Notes: generated by a model not told the origin, from the sequence alone. A stretch of 64,000 bases of DNA from an uncultured Gammaproteobacteria bacterium (GCA_963729605.1 CAVSNY010000002.1:64001-128000); one strand, 5' to 3'; positions 11,246 through 21,269 are shown, numbered from the stretch's first letter. Translations and numbers: made by a program.

Positions 11246-12292
11246 ATGCGGCAAGGCGATATTTCTTCCAGTAAAGATTGCGTGGGCGTGGCGGTGGTGA
11301 ATTACAAAATGCCGCGGCTGCACACCCGCGCCGAGGTGTTGGACAACGCCCGCAAGATCGCCGACATGGTGGTCGGCATGAAACAGGGTCTGCCGGGCAT
11401 GGACCTGGTGATTTTTCCCGAATACAGCACCCACGGCATCATGTACGACCCGGGCGAGATGTACGAAAACGCCGCGACGGTGCCGGGCGAGGAGACCGAG
11501 ATATTCGCCGCCGCCTGCCGCAAGGCCAATACCTGGGGCGTGTTCTCGCTCACCGGCGAACGCCACGAGGCCCACCCGCGCAAAGCGCCGTACAATACCC
11601 TGATACTGATCAATAGCGACGGCGAGATCGTGCAGAAATACCGCAAGATCATGCCGTGGTGCCCCATCGAAGGCTGGTATCCCGGCGGCAAGACCTTCGT
11701 CAGCGAAGGCCCCAAGGGCCTCAAGATCAGTCTCATCATTTGCGACGACGGCAATTATCCGGAAATCTGGCGCGACTGCACCATGAAGGGCGCCGAGCTG
11801 GTGGTGCGCTGCCAGGGCTACATGTATCCCGCGAAGGAACAGCAGATCATGGTGGCTAAGGCCATGGCCTGGATGAACAACACCTATGTGGCGGTGGCCA
11901 ACGCCACCGGTTTCGACGGCGTGTATTCCTATTTCGGTCATTCCGCCATCATCGGTTTCGATGGCCGGACCTTGGCCGAATGCGCCGAAGAAGAATACGG
12001 CATCCAATACGCCGAGCTTTCGGTATCGCAAATCCGCGACGCGCGCCGCAACTGGCAATCGCAGAATCACCTGTTCAAACTGCTGCATCGCGGTTACACC
12101 GGCATGATCAACTCCGGCGACGATCCGCAGGGGCTCGCTGAATGCCCGTACGATTTTTATCGCACCTGGGTGCTCGATCCGGCGCAGGCGCGTCGCCAGG
12201 CGGAAGCGATCACCCGCGAGATGCCGGGCACGCCCGAGTGCGTGGTCCCCGGTATCCCCGTGGCGCCAACGGGGCGTAAACACGTGGCTTAG
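11246..12292 (+). CDS. amiE: aliphatic amidase (nitrilase superfamily)
   Basis: [27 protein letters not shown] N-terminus; triad motifs [26 protein letters not shown]. Confidence 0.95.
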   Translation: MRQGDISSSKDCVGVAVVNYKMPRLHTRAEVLDNARKIADMVVGMKQGLPGMDLVIFPEYSTHGIMYDPGEMYENAATVPGEETEIFAAACRKANTWGVFSLTGERHEAHPRKAPYNTLILINSDGEIVQKYRKIMPWCPIEGWYPGGKTFVSEGPKGLKISLIICDDGNYPEIWRDCTMKGAELVVRCQGYMYPAKEQQIMVAKAMAWMNNTYVAVANATGFDGVYSYFGHSAIIGFDGRTLAECAEEEYGIQYAELSVSQIRDARRNWQSQNHLFKLLHRGYTGMINSGDDPQGLAECPYDFYRTWVLDPAQARRQAEAITREMPGTPECVVPGIPVAPTGRKHVA

Positions 12293-12310
12293 CGGATAGA
12301 TTTTGGTTAT

Positions 12311-12438
12311 TGCACTAATTAGAGGCGCCATCCGGCGTGCGGGCACCGCGATGGCGCGCGCCCGCGCGCCAAACTGATCCATTTTCCTATTAAGAGTTTG
12401 AAATGCCGTCGAATCCATGACGTGGCATGCCTCCTGCT
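12311..12438 (+). promoter_or_regulatory. sigma54 promoter with IHF-like site and two NtrC-like sites
   Basis: TGGCATGCCTCCTGCT at 12423-12438; TAAGAGTTTGAAA at 12391-12403; TGCACTAATTAGAGGCG at 12311 and GGCACCGCGATGGCGCG at 12342. Confidence 0.75.
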
Positions 12439-12553
12439 ATTGGTTGCGTGACGGCAACGCTGTTGCATATAGGCCGCGGAGTTGTCGGCGTAATTCAGCT
12501 TGGGTGGCTCACGAAGCCGGGCTCAACACACACTTAAGAGGAAATAGGGGATC

Positions 12554-13291
12554 ATGAACAAGAAACTATCTACGCTACTCTCACTCACGCTCGCAAGCGT
12601 TACCGGTACAGCGGCATTGGTCATCCCCACGACGGCCAGCGCGGACCTGACTGGCAATATTGGCGTATTTTCCAAATACGTCTTGCGGGGCATCACCAAC
12701 ACCACCGAGAACGACAACACCACGGTACAAGGCGGCTTCGACTACAGCCACGCCAGCGGATTTTACGCGGGTTACTGGGGCTCCAACCTCGGCTACGGCA
12801 ACGGCACCACCGCCACCGGCTTCGAAAACGACCTCTACGCCGGCTACGCCGGCCAGGCCGGCGACGCCAGCTACAGCCTCGGCCTCATCCAATACTACTA
12901 CATGGAAGTCGAAGACTCCGACGGCCTGGAATTCGTAGGCAGCGTCGGCTACGGCCCGATCAAGGCCGGCTTCAAATACCTCACCAACGACGTCGCCTGG
13001 GGCAACACCGGCGACATCTACTGGACCGTGGATTATTCAGCGAGCCTGCCCATGGACTTCGGTTTCGGCGCGAGCCTCGGCTACTACACCTACGAAGATA
13101 GCGGCGACTTCATCGCCAGCTCGGCGAAAGACTCGGCGTTCCGGCATCTCAACCTCAGCCTCTCCCGCCCGATAGGCGATACCGGCGCCAACATGAACGT
13201 CACCTACGTCATCGGCGGCGAAGACCGCCAGGGCAACGACCAGAAAGACGCCCTGGTCCTCGGCATCACCTACGGCTTCGAGGTGAAGTAA
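12554..13291 (+). CDS. TorF/TIGR02001-like outer-membrane beta-barrel protein, copy 2
   Basis: Protein identical to copy 1 from PTTASA onward; different signal peptide. Confidence 0.8.
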   Translation: MNKKLSTLLSLTLASVTGTAALVIPTTASADLTGNIGVFSKYVLRGITNTTENDNTTVQGGFDYSHASGFYAGYWGSNLGYGNGTTATGFENDLYAGYAGQAGDASYSLGLIQYYYMEVEDSDGLEFVGSVGYGPIKAGFKYLTNDVAWGNTGDIYWTVDYSASLPMDFGFGASLGYYTYEDSGDFIASSAKDSAFRHLNLSLSRPIGDTGANMNVTYVIGGEDRQGNDQKDALVLGITYGFEVK

Positions 13292-13323
13292 AGAACATCG
13301 CGCGGCCGGCTTTCCGCCGGCCA
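12626..13323 (+). repeat. long direct repeat, copy 2 (partner 3406-4103)
   Basis: Direct comparison with 3406-4103. Confidence 0.97.
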
Positions 13324-13358
13324 TTTTTCATGGCAGGCAAAAAAATCAAGGGGGCGAA

Positions 13359-14651
13359 ATGAACTCGCGCAAACAAATTTCACCGCTGCGCTGCCTCGTC
13401 GGCGCGGTTGCATTGGGAGTAGTGTCGCAGTGGGCTCACGCGGCGGACACCATCAAGGTCGGTATTCTGCATTCCTTGTCGGGCACCATGGCCATCAGCG
13501 AAACCACGTTGAAGGACACCATGCTGATGCTGATCGAAGAGCAAAACAAAAAAGGCGGCGTGCTGGGCAAGAAGCTGGAGGCGGTGGTGGTCGATCCGGC
13601 TTCCAATTGGCCCTTGTTCGCGGAGAAAACCCGTGAATTGATCTCCAAAAACAAGGTCGCCGCCATCTTCGGTTGCTGGACCTCGGTGTCGCGTAAATCG
13701 GTGTTGCCGGTGGTGGAGGAACTCAACGGTTTATTGTTCTACCCCGTGCAATACGAAGGCGAAGAGTCGTCCAAGAATGTCTTTTACACCGGCGCCGCGC
13801 CCAATCAGCAGGCGATACCGGCGGTGGATTATCTGATGAAGGACGTCGGCGCAAAACGCTGGGTGCTGGCCGGCACGGATTATGTGTATCCGCGCACCAC
13901 CAATAAAATCCTCGAGGCCTATCTCAAGGCCAAGGGCGTCAAGAGCGAAGACATCATGATCAACTACACGCCTTTCGGCCACTCCGATTGGCAGAGCATC
14001 GTGTCCGACATCAAGAAATTCGGCTCGCAGGGCAAGAAGACCGCGGTGGTCTCCACCATCAACGGCGACGCCAACGTGCCCTTCTATAAAGAGCTCGCCA
14101 ATCAAGGCATCTCCGCGGCGGATATTCCGGTAGTGGCCTTCTCGGTCGGTGAAGAAGAATTGTCGGGCATCGACACCAAACCTTTGGTGGGTCACCTCGC
14201 GGCCTGGAATTATTTCATGAGCGTGGACGCGAAAGAGAACGACGCCTTCATCAAAAAATGGCATGCCTTCATCAAAGACAAGAAGCGCGTGACCAACGAT
14301 CCCATGGAGGCCCATTACATCGGCTTCAATATGTGGGTGAAGGCGGTGGAGAAGGCCAAGAGCACCGATACCGATAAAGTCATCGATGCCATCGTCGGCG
14401 TGAAGGTGCCCAATCTTACCGGCGGCACCGCCGAGATGTTGCCCAACCATCACATTACCAAGCCGGTGCTGATCGGAGAAATCCAGGACGACGGCCAATT
14501 CGAGGTGGTGTGGGAAACCGACAAGCTGGTGCCCGGCGACGCCTGGTCCGACTTTCTGCCCGGCAGCAAGGACATCGAGGCGGATTGGGTGAAACTCAAA
14601 TGCGGTAACTACAATACTAAAACCAAGAAGTGCTCGGGACAAAACTTCTGA
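13359..14651 (+). CDS. urtA: urea ABC transporter substrate-binding protein
   Basis: IKVGILHSLSGTMAISE, VDPASNWPLFAEK, FYPVQYEGEE, YTGAAPNQQAIPAVDYL, TNDPMEAHY. Confidence 0.95.
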   Translation: MNSRKQISPLRCLVGAVALGVVSQWAHAADTIKVGILHSLSGTMAISETTLKDTMLMLIEEQNKKGGVLGKKLEAVVVDPASNWPLFAEKTRELISKNKVAAIFGCWTSVSRKSVLPVVEELNGLLFYPVQYEGEESSKNVFYTGAAPNQQAIPAVDYLMKDVGAKRWVLAGTDYVYPRTTNKILEAYLKAKGVKSEDIMINYTPFGHSDWQSIVSDIKKFGSQGKKTAVVSTINGDANVPFYKELANQGISAADIPVVAFSVGEEELSGIDTKPLVGHLAAWNYFMSVDAKENDAFIKKWHAFIKDKKRVTNDPMEAHYIGFNMWVKAVEKAKSTDTDKVIDAIVGVKVPNLTGGTAEMLPNHHITKPVLIGEIQDDGQFEVVWETDKLVPGDAWSDFLPGSKDIEADWVKLKCGNYNTKTKKCSGQNF

Positions 14652-14769
14652 GGACGCTGTAAAGCCGCGGGGATGGATGGCGCATCCCCGCGCTTTTCAG
14701 TGAGGGTTGCCGAGGTTCGATCATGCGCCGGGGTTCATTCGTGCGCAAACTACTGTGGCTGAATTAAGC

Positions 14770-16419
14770 ATGCGACGAGACTTTATTATATCTCTGCTGC
14801 GCGGATGCTTGCGCGTGTTCACCCTGCTGGCGCTGGGCCTGCTCTGTGTCCTGCCGCCGGCTTGGGCTGAAGAAGACACCGCCGCCGATTTCGCGGCGCA
14901 GCTCCAGCAGTTCAAGGAGGGAGGCTTCGATGACAAGGCCCGCATCGTGGCGGCCTTGGAATCTTCCGGCGATGAACGCACGATCACGATTTTAAAATCC
15001 CTGCTGGACGGTGTGCTCTATTATCGCAAGGACGATGAGCGGGTGGTGATCGTCAAGGACACCGAAGACGGTTACCGGTTGACCGATGTGTTGAACGGCG
15101 AATCTTTGGGTGACGTGGAGCGCCGCGACGTCAAAAAAATTCCCATCAATAACGCCCTGCGCCGACAGTTGCGCGGCGCCTTGGCGCGGCTGAGTCTGTC
15201 GCATAAAAGTCCCGCCGTGCGTTTGGCGGCGGTCAAGGAAATCATCAAGGACATCGACGCGGAGACCGTGCCGCTGCTGCGCGAGGCGGTAACTAAAGAA
15301 ACCGACGACAGGGTGCTGGAGGCCTTGCATACCGGCGTGGCGATGATCGATGTCGGCAGCGACGACAAGGCCGTGCGGCTGGCGGCCATTGAAAATCTGG
15401 GTAATACCCTGCTGCCCGAGGCGCGCCAGCATTTGCAGGCGCTGGTCGAAGCGGGCAACGAAGCCGATGCGGAGATCCGGCTCGCCGCGACGCAGGCCTT
15501 GGCGAAAATCGAATCGCGGCGGCAAGTCTACGGGTTTCTCGAAACCGTGTTTTTCGGCTTGAGTTTAGGCTCGGTGCTGTTGCTGGCGGCCATCGGCCTC
15601 GCCATCACCTTCGGCGTGATGGGGGTTATCAATATGGCCCACGGCGAGTTGATGATGCTGGGCGCGTACACGACTTACGTCGTGCAATTGCTGATGCCCA
15701 ATCATATCGAATATTCCCTGCTGGTCGCCGTGCCCGCGGCGTTTTTGGTGGCGGGTTTGACTGGCATCGCCATCGAGCGCGGCGTCATCCGCTTTTTATA
15801 CGGCCGGCCGCTGGAGACCTTGCTCGCCACCTTCGGCATCAGCTTGTTGTTGCAGCAGGCGGTGCGCAGTATTTTCTCGCCGCTCAATCGTTCGGTGGAG
15901 ACCCCGGAGTGGATGAGCGGGTCGCTGGAGATCAATAGCGCGTTGGCGCTTACCTACAACCGTCTCTACATCATTATTTTTAGTTTGATGGTATTTGCTG
16001 CGCTGCTGCTGATTCTGAAAAAGACCTCGCTCGGTTTGCAGGTGCGCGCCGTTGCGCAGAATCGCGACATGGCGAGGGCGATGGGCATCCGCACCCAATG
16101 GGTGGACGCGCTCACCTTCGGTTTGGGTTCGGGCATCGCGGGGGTCGCCGGCGTGGCCTTGAGCCAGCTCACCAATGTCGGGCCGAATCTCGGGCAGGCC
16201 TACATCATCGATTCCTTCATGGTGGTGGTGTTCGGCGGCGTGGGCAATTTATGGGGCACCTTGGTGGGCGCGCTGTCGCTGGGCGTGGTGAATAAATTCC
16301 TGGAGCCGTGGTCGGGCGCGGTGCTGGCCAAGATCCTGGTGCTGATCTTCATCATTTTGTTCATCCAAAAACGGCCGCGGGGTTTGTTTCCGCAAAAGGG
16401 CCGTTCCGCGGAAGGTTGA
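14770..16419 (+). CDS. urtB: urea ABC transporter permease with N-terminal HEAT-like periplasmic domain
   Basis: INNALR, VRLAAV/VRLAAI helical repeats, GLAITFGVMGVINMAHGE, QKRPRGLF; start codon uncertain. Confidence 0.92.
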   Translation: MRRDFIISLLRGCLRVFTLLALGLLCVLPPAWAEEDTAADFAAQLQQFKEGGFDDKARIVAALESSGDERTITILKSLLDGVLYYRKDDERVVIVKDTEDGYRLTDVLNGESLGDVERRDVKKIPINNALRRQLRGALARLSLSHKSPAVRLAAVKEIIKDIDAETVPLLREAVTKETDDRVLEALHTGVAMIDVGSDDKAVRLAAIENLGNTLLPEARQHLQALVEAGNEADAEIRLAATQALAKIESRRQVYGFLETVFFGLSLGSVLLLAAIGLAITFGVMGVINMAHGELMMLGAYTTYVVQLLMPNHIEYSLLVAVPAAFLVAGLTGIAIERGVIRFLYGRPLETLLATFGISLLLQQAVRSIFSPLNRSVETPEWMSGSLEINSALALTYNRLYIIIFSLMVFAALLLILKKTSLGLQVRAVAQNRDMARAMGIRTQWVDALTFGLGSGIAGVAGVALSQLTNVGPNLGQAYIIDSFMVVVFGGVGNLWGTLVGALSLGVVNKFLEPWSGAVLAKILVLIFIILFIQKRPRGLFPQKGRSAEG

Positions 16420-16422
16420 GCC

Positions 16423-17544
16423 ATGCCGAATAAAGGATTATTGCTGCGTATCCTTGAGCACGACACCGGCGGCAAGATTTTTTTATCGCTGCTCGCCTTG
16501 GTGGCGGTGCTGGTGTCGGTGTTGAATCTGGCGGTGCCGGAAGGCTCGCCTTTGCATGTCTCGACCTACACGGTGACCTTGCTGGGCAAATACCTCTGTT
16601 ACGCGCTATTGGCCGTCGCACTGGATTTGGTATGGGGTTATTGCGGCATTTTGAGTCTGGGCCACGCGGCCTTTTTCGCCTTGGGCGGTTATTGCATGGG
16701 CATGTACCTCATGCGTCAGATCGGCGACCGCGGTGTTTACGGCAATCCCGACTTGCCGGATTTCATGGTCTTCCTCAACTGGACGGAGTTGCCGTGGTAC
16801 TGGTTCGGTTTCGATCAATTCTGGTTCGCGATGTTGATGGTGATGCTGGTGCCCGGTGTGCTGGCCTTAGTGTTCGGCTGGTTCGCTTTCCGCTCGCGGG
16901 TGACGGGGGTGTATCTGTCGATCATCACCCAGGCCCTGACCTTCGCGCTGATGCTGGCATTTTTCCGCAATGAAATGGGCTTCGGCGGCAACAACGGGCT
17001 GACCGACTTCAAGGAGATACTCGGTTTTAGTTTGCAGAGCGACGCCACCCGGGTCGGTCTGTTTCTCATTAGCGCGCTCACTTTGGCCGCGGCCTATTTC
17101 GTGGCGCGTTACGTAGTGAATTCCAAACTGGGCCGGGTGGTGGTGGCGGTGCGCGACGCCGAGGACCGCGCGCGTTTCATCGGGTATAAAGTGGAATCCT
17201 TCAAGCTGTGGATCTTCGTCTTCTCGGCCATGCTGGCCGGCCTCGCCGGTGCTTTGTATGTGCCGCAGGTGGGGATCATCAATCCCAGCGAATTTTCGCC
17301 GCTCAATTCCATCGAACTGGTGGTGTGGGTGGCGGTGGGCGGCCGCGGTACGCTGTACGGCGCGATACTGGGCGCGCTGCTGGTCAATTTCGCCAAGACT
17401 TATTTCACCGGCGCTTTGCCCGAGGTGTGGCTGTTCGCGCTGGGCGCCTTGTTCGTGGTGGTGACTTTGTTTCTGCCGCACGGTTTGGTGGGATTGTTGA
17501 AACGTCGGCGCAAGAAGGCGGCGCTTAAGGAGGCGCCGACATGA
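16423..17544 (+). CDS. urtC: urea ABC transporter permease
   Basis: LDLVWGYCGILSLGH, LPDFMVFLNW, FRSRVTGVYLSIITQA, FGGNNGLTDF. Confidence 0.95.
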   Translation: MPNKGLLLRILEHDTGGKIFLSLLALVAVLVSVLNLAVPEGSPLHVSTYTVTLLGKYLCYALLAVALDLVWGYCGILSLGHAAFFALGGYCMGMYLMRQIGDRGVYGNPDLPDFMVFLNWTELPWYWFGFDQFWFAMLMVMLVPGVLALVFGWFAFRSRVTGVYLSIITQALTFALMLAFFRNEMGFGGNNGLTDFKEILGFSLQSDATRVGLFLISALTLAAAYFVARYVVNSKLGRVVVAVRDAEDRARFIGYKVESFKLWIFVFSAMLAGLAGALYVPQVGIINPSEFSPLNSIELVVWVAVGGRGTLYGAILGALLVNFAKTYFTGALPEVWLFALGALFVVVTLFLPHGLVGLLKRRRKKAALKEAPT

Positions 17545-18383
17545 ATCCGCTTACATTATTTGGCAACGGCCGGCGCCGCGAGCGGTCGCGCGATAGCGCC
17601 GGCGCGCAGCGGCAAACCGTGACCAGCGGTGCAGTCGACGTCTCTCACGGACCGATTTTGTATCTGGAAAATGTCACGGTCAGCTTCGACGGCTTCAAGG
17701 CGCTCAACGAACTGACCCTCTACATCGACGACGGCGAGCTGCGCTGCATCATCGGCCCCAACGGCGCGGGCAAGACCACCATGATGGACGTGATCACCGG
17801 CAAGACCCGTCCCGACAGCGGCACGGCGTTTTTCGGCCAGACCATGGATCTCACCCGCATGAGCGAATACGAGATCGCCAGCGCGGGCATCGGCCGCAAA
17901 TTTCAAAAGCCCACGGTGTTTCCCCTTCACACGGTGTTTGAAAACCTGGAGCTGGCCATGCGCGCCGACAAGCGGGTGTGGCCGAGTTTGTGGGCGCGGC
18001 TGAACGGCGAGCAGCGTGACCGTATCGCCGAGGTGCTGGAGACGGTGATGCTGACCGATCAACAGGCGCTGCGTGCGGCGGAGCTGTCCCATGGCCAGAA
18101 ACAATGGCTGGAGATCGGCATGCTGCTGATGCAGGATCCGCGGGTGCTGCTGGTCGATGAACCCATCGCCGGCATGACGCATCAAGAGACCGAACATACC
18201 GCCGAGTTGCTCACGGGCTTGGCGGGCAGCCGCTCGGTGGTGGTGGTGGAGCACGACATGGCCTTCGTGCGTTCGATCGCCCGCAAGGTGACGGTGCTGC
18301 ACGAAGGCCATGTGCTGGCGGAAGGCAATATGGACGAGGTGCAGAATCATCCGGCGGTCATTGAAGTGTATCTGGGGAGCTGA
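17541..18383 (+). CDS. urtD: urea ABC transporter ATPase
   Basis: VSFDGFKAL, GPNGAGKTT, IGRKFQKP, LSHGQKQWLEIGM. Confidence 0.95.
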   Translation: MNPLTLFGNGRRRERSRDSAGAQRQTVTSGAVDVSHGPILYLENVTVSFDGFKALNELTLYIDDGELRCIIGPNGAGKTTMMDVITGKTRPDSGTAFFGQTMDLTRMSEYEIASAGIGRKFQKPTVFPLHTVFENLELAMRADKRVWPSLWARLNGEQRDRIAEVLETVMLTDQQALRAAELSHGQKQWLEIGMLLMQDPRVLLVDEPIAGMTHQETEHTAELLTGLAGSRSVVVVEHDMAFVRSIARKVTVLHEGHVLAEGNMDEVQNHPAVIEVYLGS

Positions 18384-18385
18384 GC

Positions 18386-19081
18386 GTGCTGGAGTTGAGT
18401 GGGGTCAATCAATATTACGGCGAGAGCCATACCTTGTGGGACGTGGCGCTGTCGGTGCCCGCCGGTTCCTGCACGGTATTGATGGGACGCAACGGCGTCG
18501 GCAAGACCACCTTGCTAAAAAGCATCATGGGTCTGCTTCCCGTAAAGTCGGGCTCGCTGTTATTCGAAGGTGAAGAGCTGCGGGGCAAACCCGCCGAGTT
18601 GCGCGCCAGGCTGGGCATCGCCTATGTGCCGCAGGGACGCGACATCTTCCCGCAACTGACCGTGGAGGAAAATCTGCTCACCGCGCGGGCCTCGGGGCGC
18701 GTCGTCGGCAAGCAGATTCCGCCGCATATTTACGAATTATTCCCCGTATTGGCGCAGATGCGCCAGCGGCGTGGCGGTGATTTGTCCGGCGGTCAGCAGC
18801 AACAGCTGGCCATCGGCCGGGCCTTGCTGATTAAACCCAAATTATTGATATTGGATGAACCCTGTGAGGGTATTCAGCCGAATATCGTCCAGCAAATCGG
18901 CGACGTGATTGTCCATTTGCGAAAAGAGTATTCACTCACCGTATTATTGGTGGAGCAAAAACTGCCGTTCGCGCGACGGGTCGGTCAGGGTTTTTGTCTG
19001 ATGGATAAAGGGCGAGCAATAACGTCCGGCCTCATCGAGCAGCTGGATCAGGGGTTAATTGCGGAGCATCTAGCCGTGTAG
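18386..19081 (+). CDS. urtE: urea ABC transporter ATPase
   Basis: [42 protein letters not shown]. Confidence 0.95.
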   Translation: MLELSGVNQYYGESHTLWDVALSVPAGSCTVLMGRNGVGKTTLLKSIMGLLPVKSGSLLFEGEELRGKPAELRARLGIAYVPQGRDIFPQLTVEENLLTARASGRVVGKQIPPHIYELFPVLAQMRQRRGGDLSGGQQQQLAIGRALLIKPKLLILDEPCEGIQPNIVQQIGDVIVHLRKEYSLTVLLVEQKLPFARRVGQGFCLMDKGRAITSGLIEQLDQGLIAEHLAV

Positions 19082-19183
19082 CCAGCCTTGGAGGCCGGCC
19101 AAGCGCGTAAGTGAAATCCCGCCAGACGTTTTAGAGGAAGTTAAGGCCGGCTTTAGGGCCGGCCTCGATTCCTCAAGCAAAGC

Positions 19184-19432
19184 TTATTGTGCGGCGTTAG
19201 GTTCACCTTCGACCGGCGGCGCCATTTCTTGCTCCGGCGCGGCACCTTCCATGGGCGCGGACATGTCCGAAGGTTCTTCGGTCATGGGCGCCGGCTCGGT
19301 TATAGCAGGAGCAGGCTCTGAAAACTGGTCTGCGGGAGCCACTTGGTTTTCAGGTTGCTCATCGGCCTTTTGCCCGCAGCCCGCGAGCGCGGCAGCCAAC
19401 AATGCGATACCCAAGATAGCAATTTTGCGCAT
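19184..19432 (-). CDS. small acidic Pro/Ala/Glu-rich lipoprotein
   Basis: AAGGAA RBS, MRK + hydrophobic stretch + LAGC lipobox; low-complexity mature part. Confidence 0.8.
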   Translation of the reverse strand: MRKIAILGIALLAAALAGCGQKADEQPENQVAPADQFSEPAPAITEPAPMTEEPSDMSAPMEGAAPEQEMAPPVEGEPNAAQ

Positions 19433-19747
19433 AAACGTTCCTTTATAAAAGTTCACTCTTACCATTACCCGTATCTGTATGATTACCGACTACCTTTTTA
19501 AAGTGCCGGCGCGCGTATTCTCAGGCTTCACAATAAAATTTGCTATAGCTGACTGGGCTTAGTTCCATAAATATTTTTTTGTTTAACAATCAGTTAATTG
19601 CATCAAGTTGACTAGATAATTTGTTGATTTTGTGTTAGTGCCACGCCGGGTCTTGATGACGCCGATGTGAATGACGGCGTGTGGATGGGCTTGGCGTGAA
19701 TAAAAAATGGTTGATTCATTTTGGGATAGAGGCAGGAGGATATTGCG

Positions 19748-20077
19748 ATGAATAAAGCGGTATGGCTGGGTGTTTTGTCGTGTGTGGTGATGACGGGGTG
19801 TTCATGGGTGAAGTTGACGCCGGGCGGCGAAAAGGTGCGTGTGTTGGATGCGGCGGAAGTGTCGACCTGCAAACATCTGGGCGATAGCACGGTGTCGTTG
19901 TTATCGCAGTTGGCGGGCATCAATCGCAATGAAGAAAAAGTTCAAATCGAACTGAAGGCCTTGGCGCGTAATGCCGGCGCGGAGATGGGCGGCGACACGG
20001 TGGTGCCCGTGTCGGCGGTGACCGATGGCAAGCAAATGTATGCCGTGTATAAATGTATCGGGGTTACCGCGCAATAA
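19748..20077 (+). CDS. DUF4156-like lipoprotein
   Basis: AGGAGG RBS; MTGC lipobox; CSWVKLTPGGEKV, CKHLG, ARNAGAEMGGDTVV, YKC. Confidence 0.8.
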   Translation: MNKAVWLGVLSCVVMTGCSWVKLTPGGEKVRVLDAAEVSTCKHLGDSTVSLLSQLAGINRNEEKVQIELKALARNAGAEMGGDTVVPVSAVTDGKQMYAVYKCIGVTAQ

Positions 20078-20148
20078 ACGCGGCGGTGCGGTGGATGGAC
20101 CGATCTTTTCGCGCTGGCAGACACGGTAAGATTCACTGGTTTTGCCGC

Positions 20149-20177
20149 AAAAAGCGGGTAGCGAATGCTACCCGCTT
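20149..20177 (-). terminator. intrinsic terminator (possibly bidirectional)
   Basis: AAGCGGGTAGC-GAAT-GCTACCCGCTT perfect 11-bp stem; A run on the left gives a U tail on the minus strand. Confidence 0.8.
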
Positions 20178-20189
20178 CTCCGCCGGTTA

Positions 20190-20288
20190 TCACGGGCCGG
20201 GGGCGAACCACACCAGATTGGCGATTACACCGATCGAGGCCACTACACTCACCGCCAAAAGTAATAAAGTCCATTGATTGCGGGTCAT
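20190..20288 (-). CDS. 32-aa single-pass membrane protein (absent from the ORF track)
   Basis: Hand translation MTRNQWTLLLLAVSVVASIGVIANLVWFAPGP, TGA-TAA double stop, AGGGGA RBS, terminator immediately downstream. Confidence 0.6.
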   Translation of the reverse strand: MTRNQWTLLLLAVSVVASIGVIANLVWFAPGP

Positions 20289-20417
20289 GACTTGTTCCCC
20301 TTGCTGCTGATGATGCGGCACAAGTGCCGTCACCGAATTTGCTTGATAGAGTGGAAAATGCGCGTGAGAGTTCCGTTCATCAACGTTGGCGGCACGTGAT
20401 TTCTCATCGCCGAAAGT

Positions 20418-21269
20418 TTAACCGCCGATCCCCGCCATGAACGCCGGCGCGACCAAGGCCGCGCGATGTATGTCGGCGCTGTAATAATCGGTGGCGAAAC
20501 TTTTTTGCGCCGAGTCCGCTTCGCGGAATTGTTTCGGATCGACGCCTTTTCCCGCGAGGGTCGCGCTCCACCAGCCGGAAGGATAGACGCATTGCGGAAA
20601 ATAAATCGTGCGGGTGTGGTCGAATCCCGCCGCGCGCATCGCGCCGTGCATGGATTCAATCAGCGTCTTGTGGAATAACGGCGATTCGCTTTGGCCCACC
20701 AAGATCCCGCCCGGGCGGAGGGCGCGGTGGCAGTTGCGGTAGAAGGCCTCGTTGAACAGGCCTTCCGCCGGGCCGACCGGATCGGTGCTGTCGACGATGA
20801 TGACGTCGAGGCTCTCCGGCGCGGCGTCTTTCAGCCATTGTATGCCGTCGCCGAAGTAGAGGTGGGCGCGCGGATCGTCGTTGGCGCTGCACAGCGCGGG
20901 GAAATATTGTTCCGAGAGACGGGTGACGCGCTCGTCGATCTCCACCTGCCAGGCCTCTTCCACGCCCGGATGTTTGAGCACCTCGCGCAGCGTGCCGCAA
21001 TCGCCACCGCCGATGACCATCACCTTTTTCGGGGCGCGGTGGGCGAACAGCACCGGATGGCTCATCATCTCGTGGTAGAGAAAATTGTCGCGGTCGGTGA
21101 GCATCACGCAGCCGTCGATCACCATCAGCTTGCCGAAGCCTGCCGTGTCATAAATCTCGATATGCTGGTAGGGCGTCTGCTCGTCGTGGAGCTTGGCCTT
21201 GATTTTAAAAGAAAAGGCCGCCCCGTCGGCGGGATAGATTTCGGTGAACCAGGTGTTGTCCAGCGCCAT
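20418..21269 (-). CDS. speE: polyamine aminopropyltransferase (spermidine synthase family)
   Basis: YHEMMSH, VIGGGDCGTLREV, VEIDERV, DVIIVDSTDPVGPAEGLF. Confidence 0.95.
   Translation of the reverse strand: MALDNTWFTEIYPADGAAFSFKIKAKLHDEQTPYQHIEIYDTAGFGKLMVIDGCVMLTDRDNFLYHEMMSHPVLFAHRAPKKVMVIGGGDCGTLREVLKHPGVEEAWQVEIDERVTRLSEQYFPALCSANDDPRAHLYFGDGIQWLKDAAPESLDVIIVDSTDPVGPAEGLFNEAFYRNCHRALRPGGILVGQSESPLFHKTLIESMHGAMRAAGFDHTRTIYFPQCVYPSGWWSATLAGKGVDPKQFREADSAQKSFATDYYSADIHRAALVAPAFMAGIGG

Noticed and set aside
14661-14697. Hairpin between urtA and urtB
   Set aside because: Ordinary stabilising or attenuating stem after a binding-protein gene.
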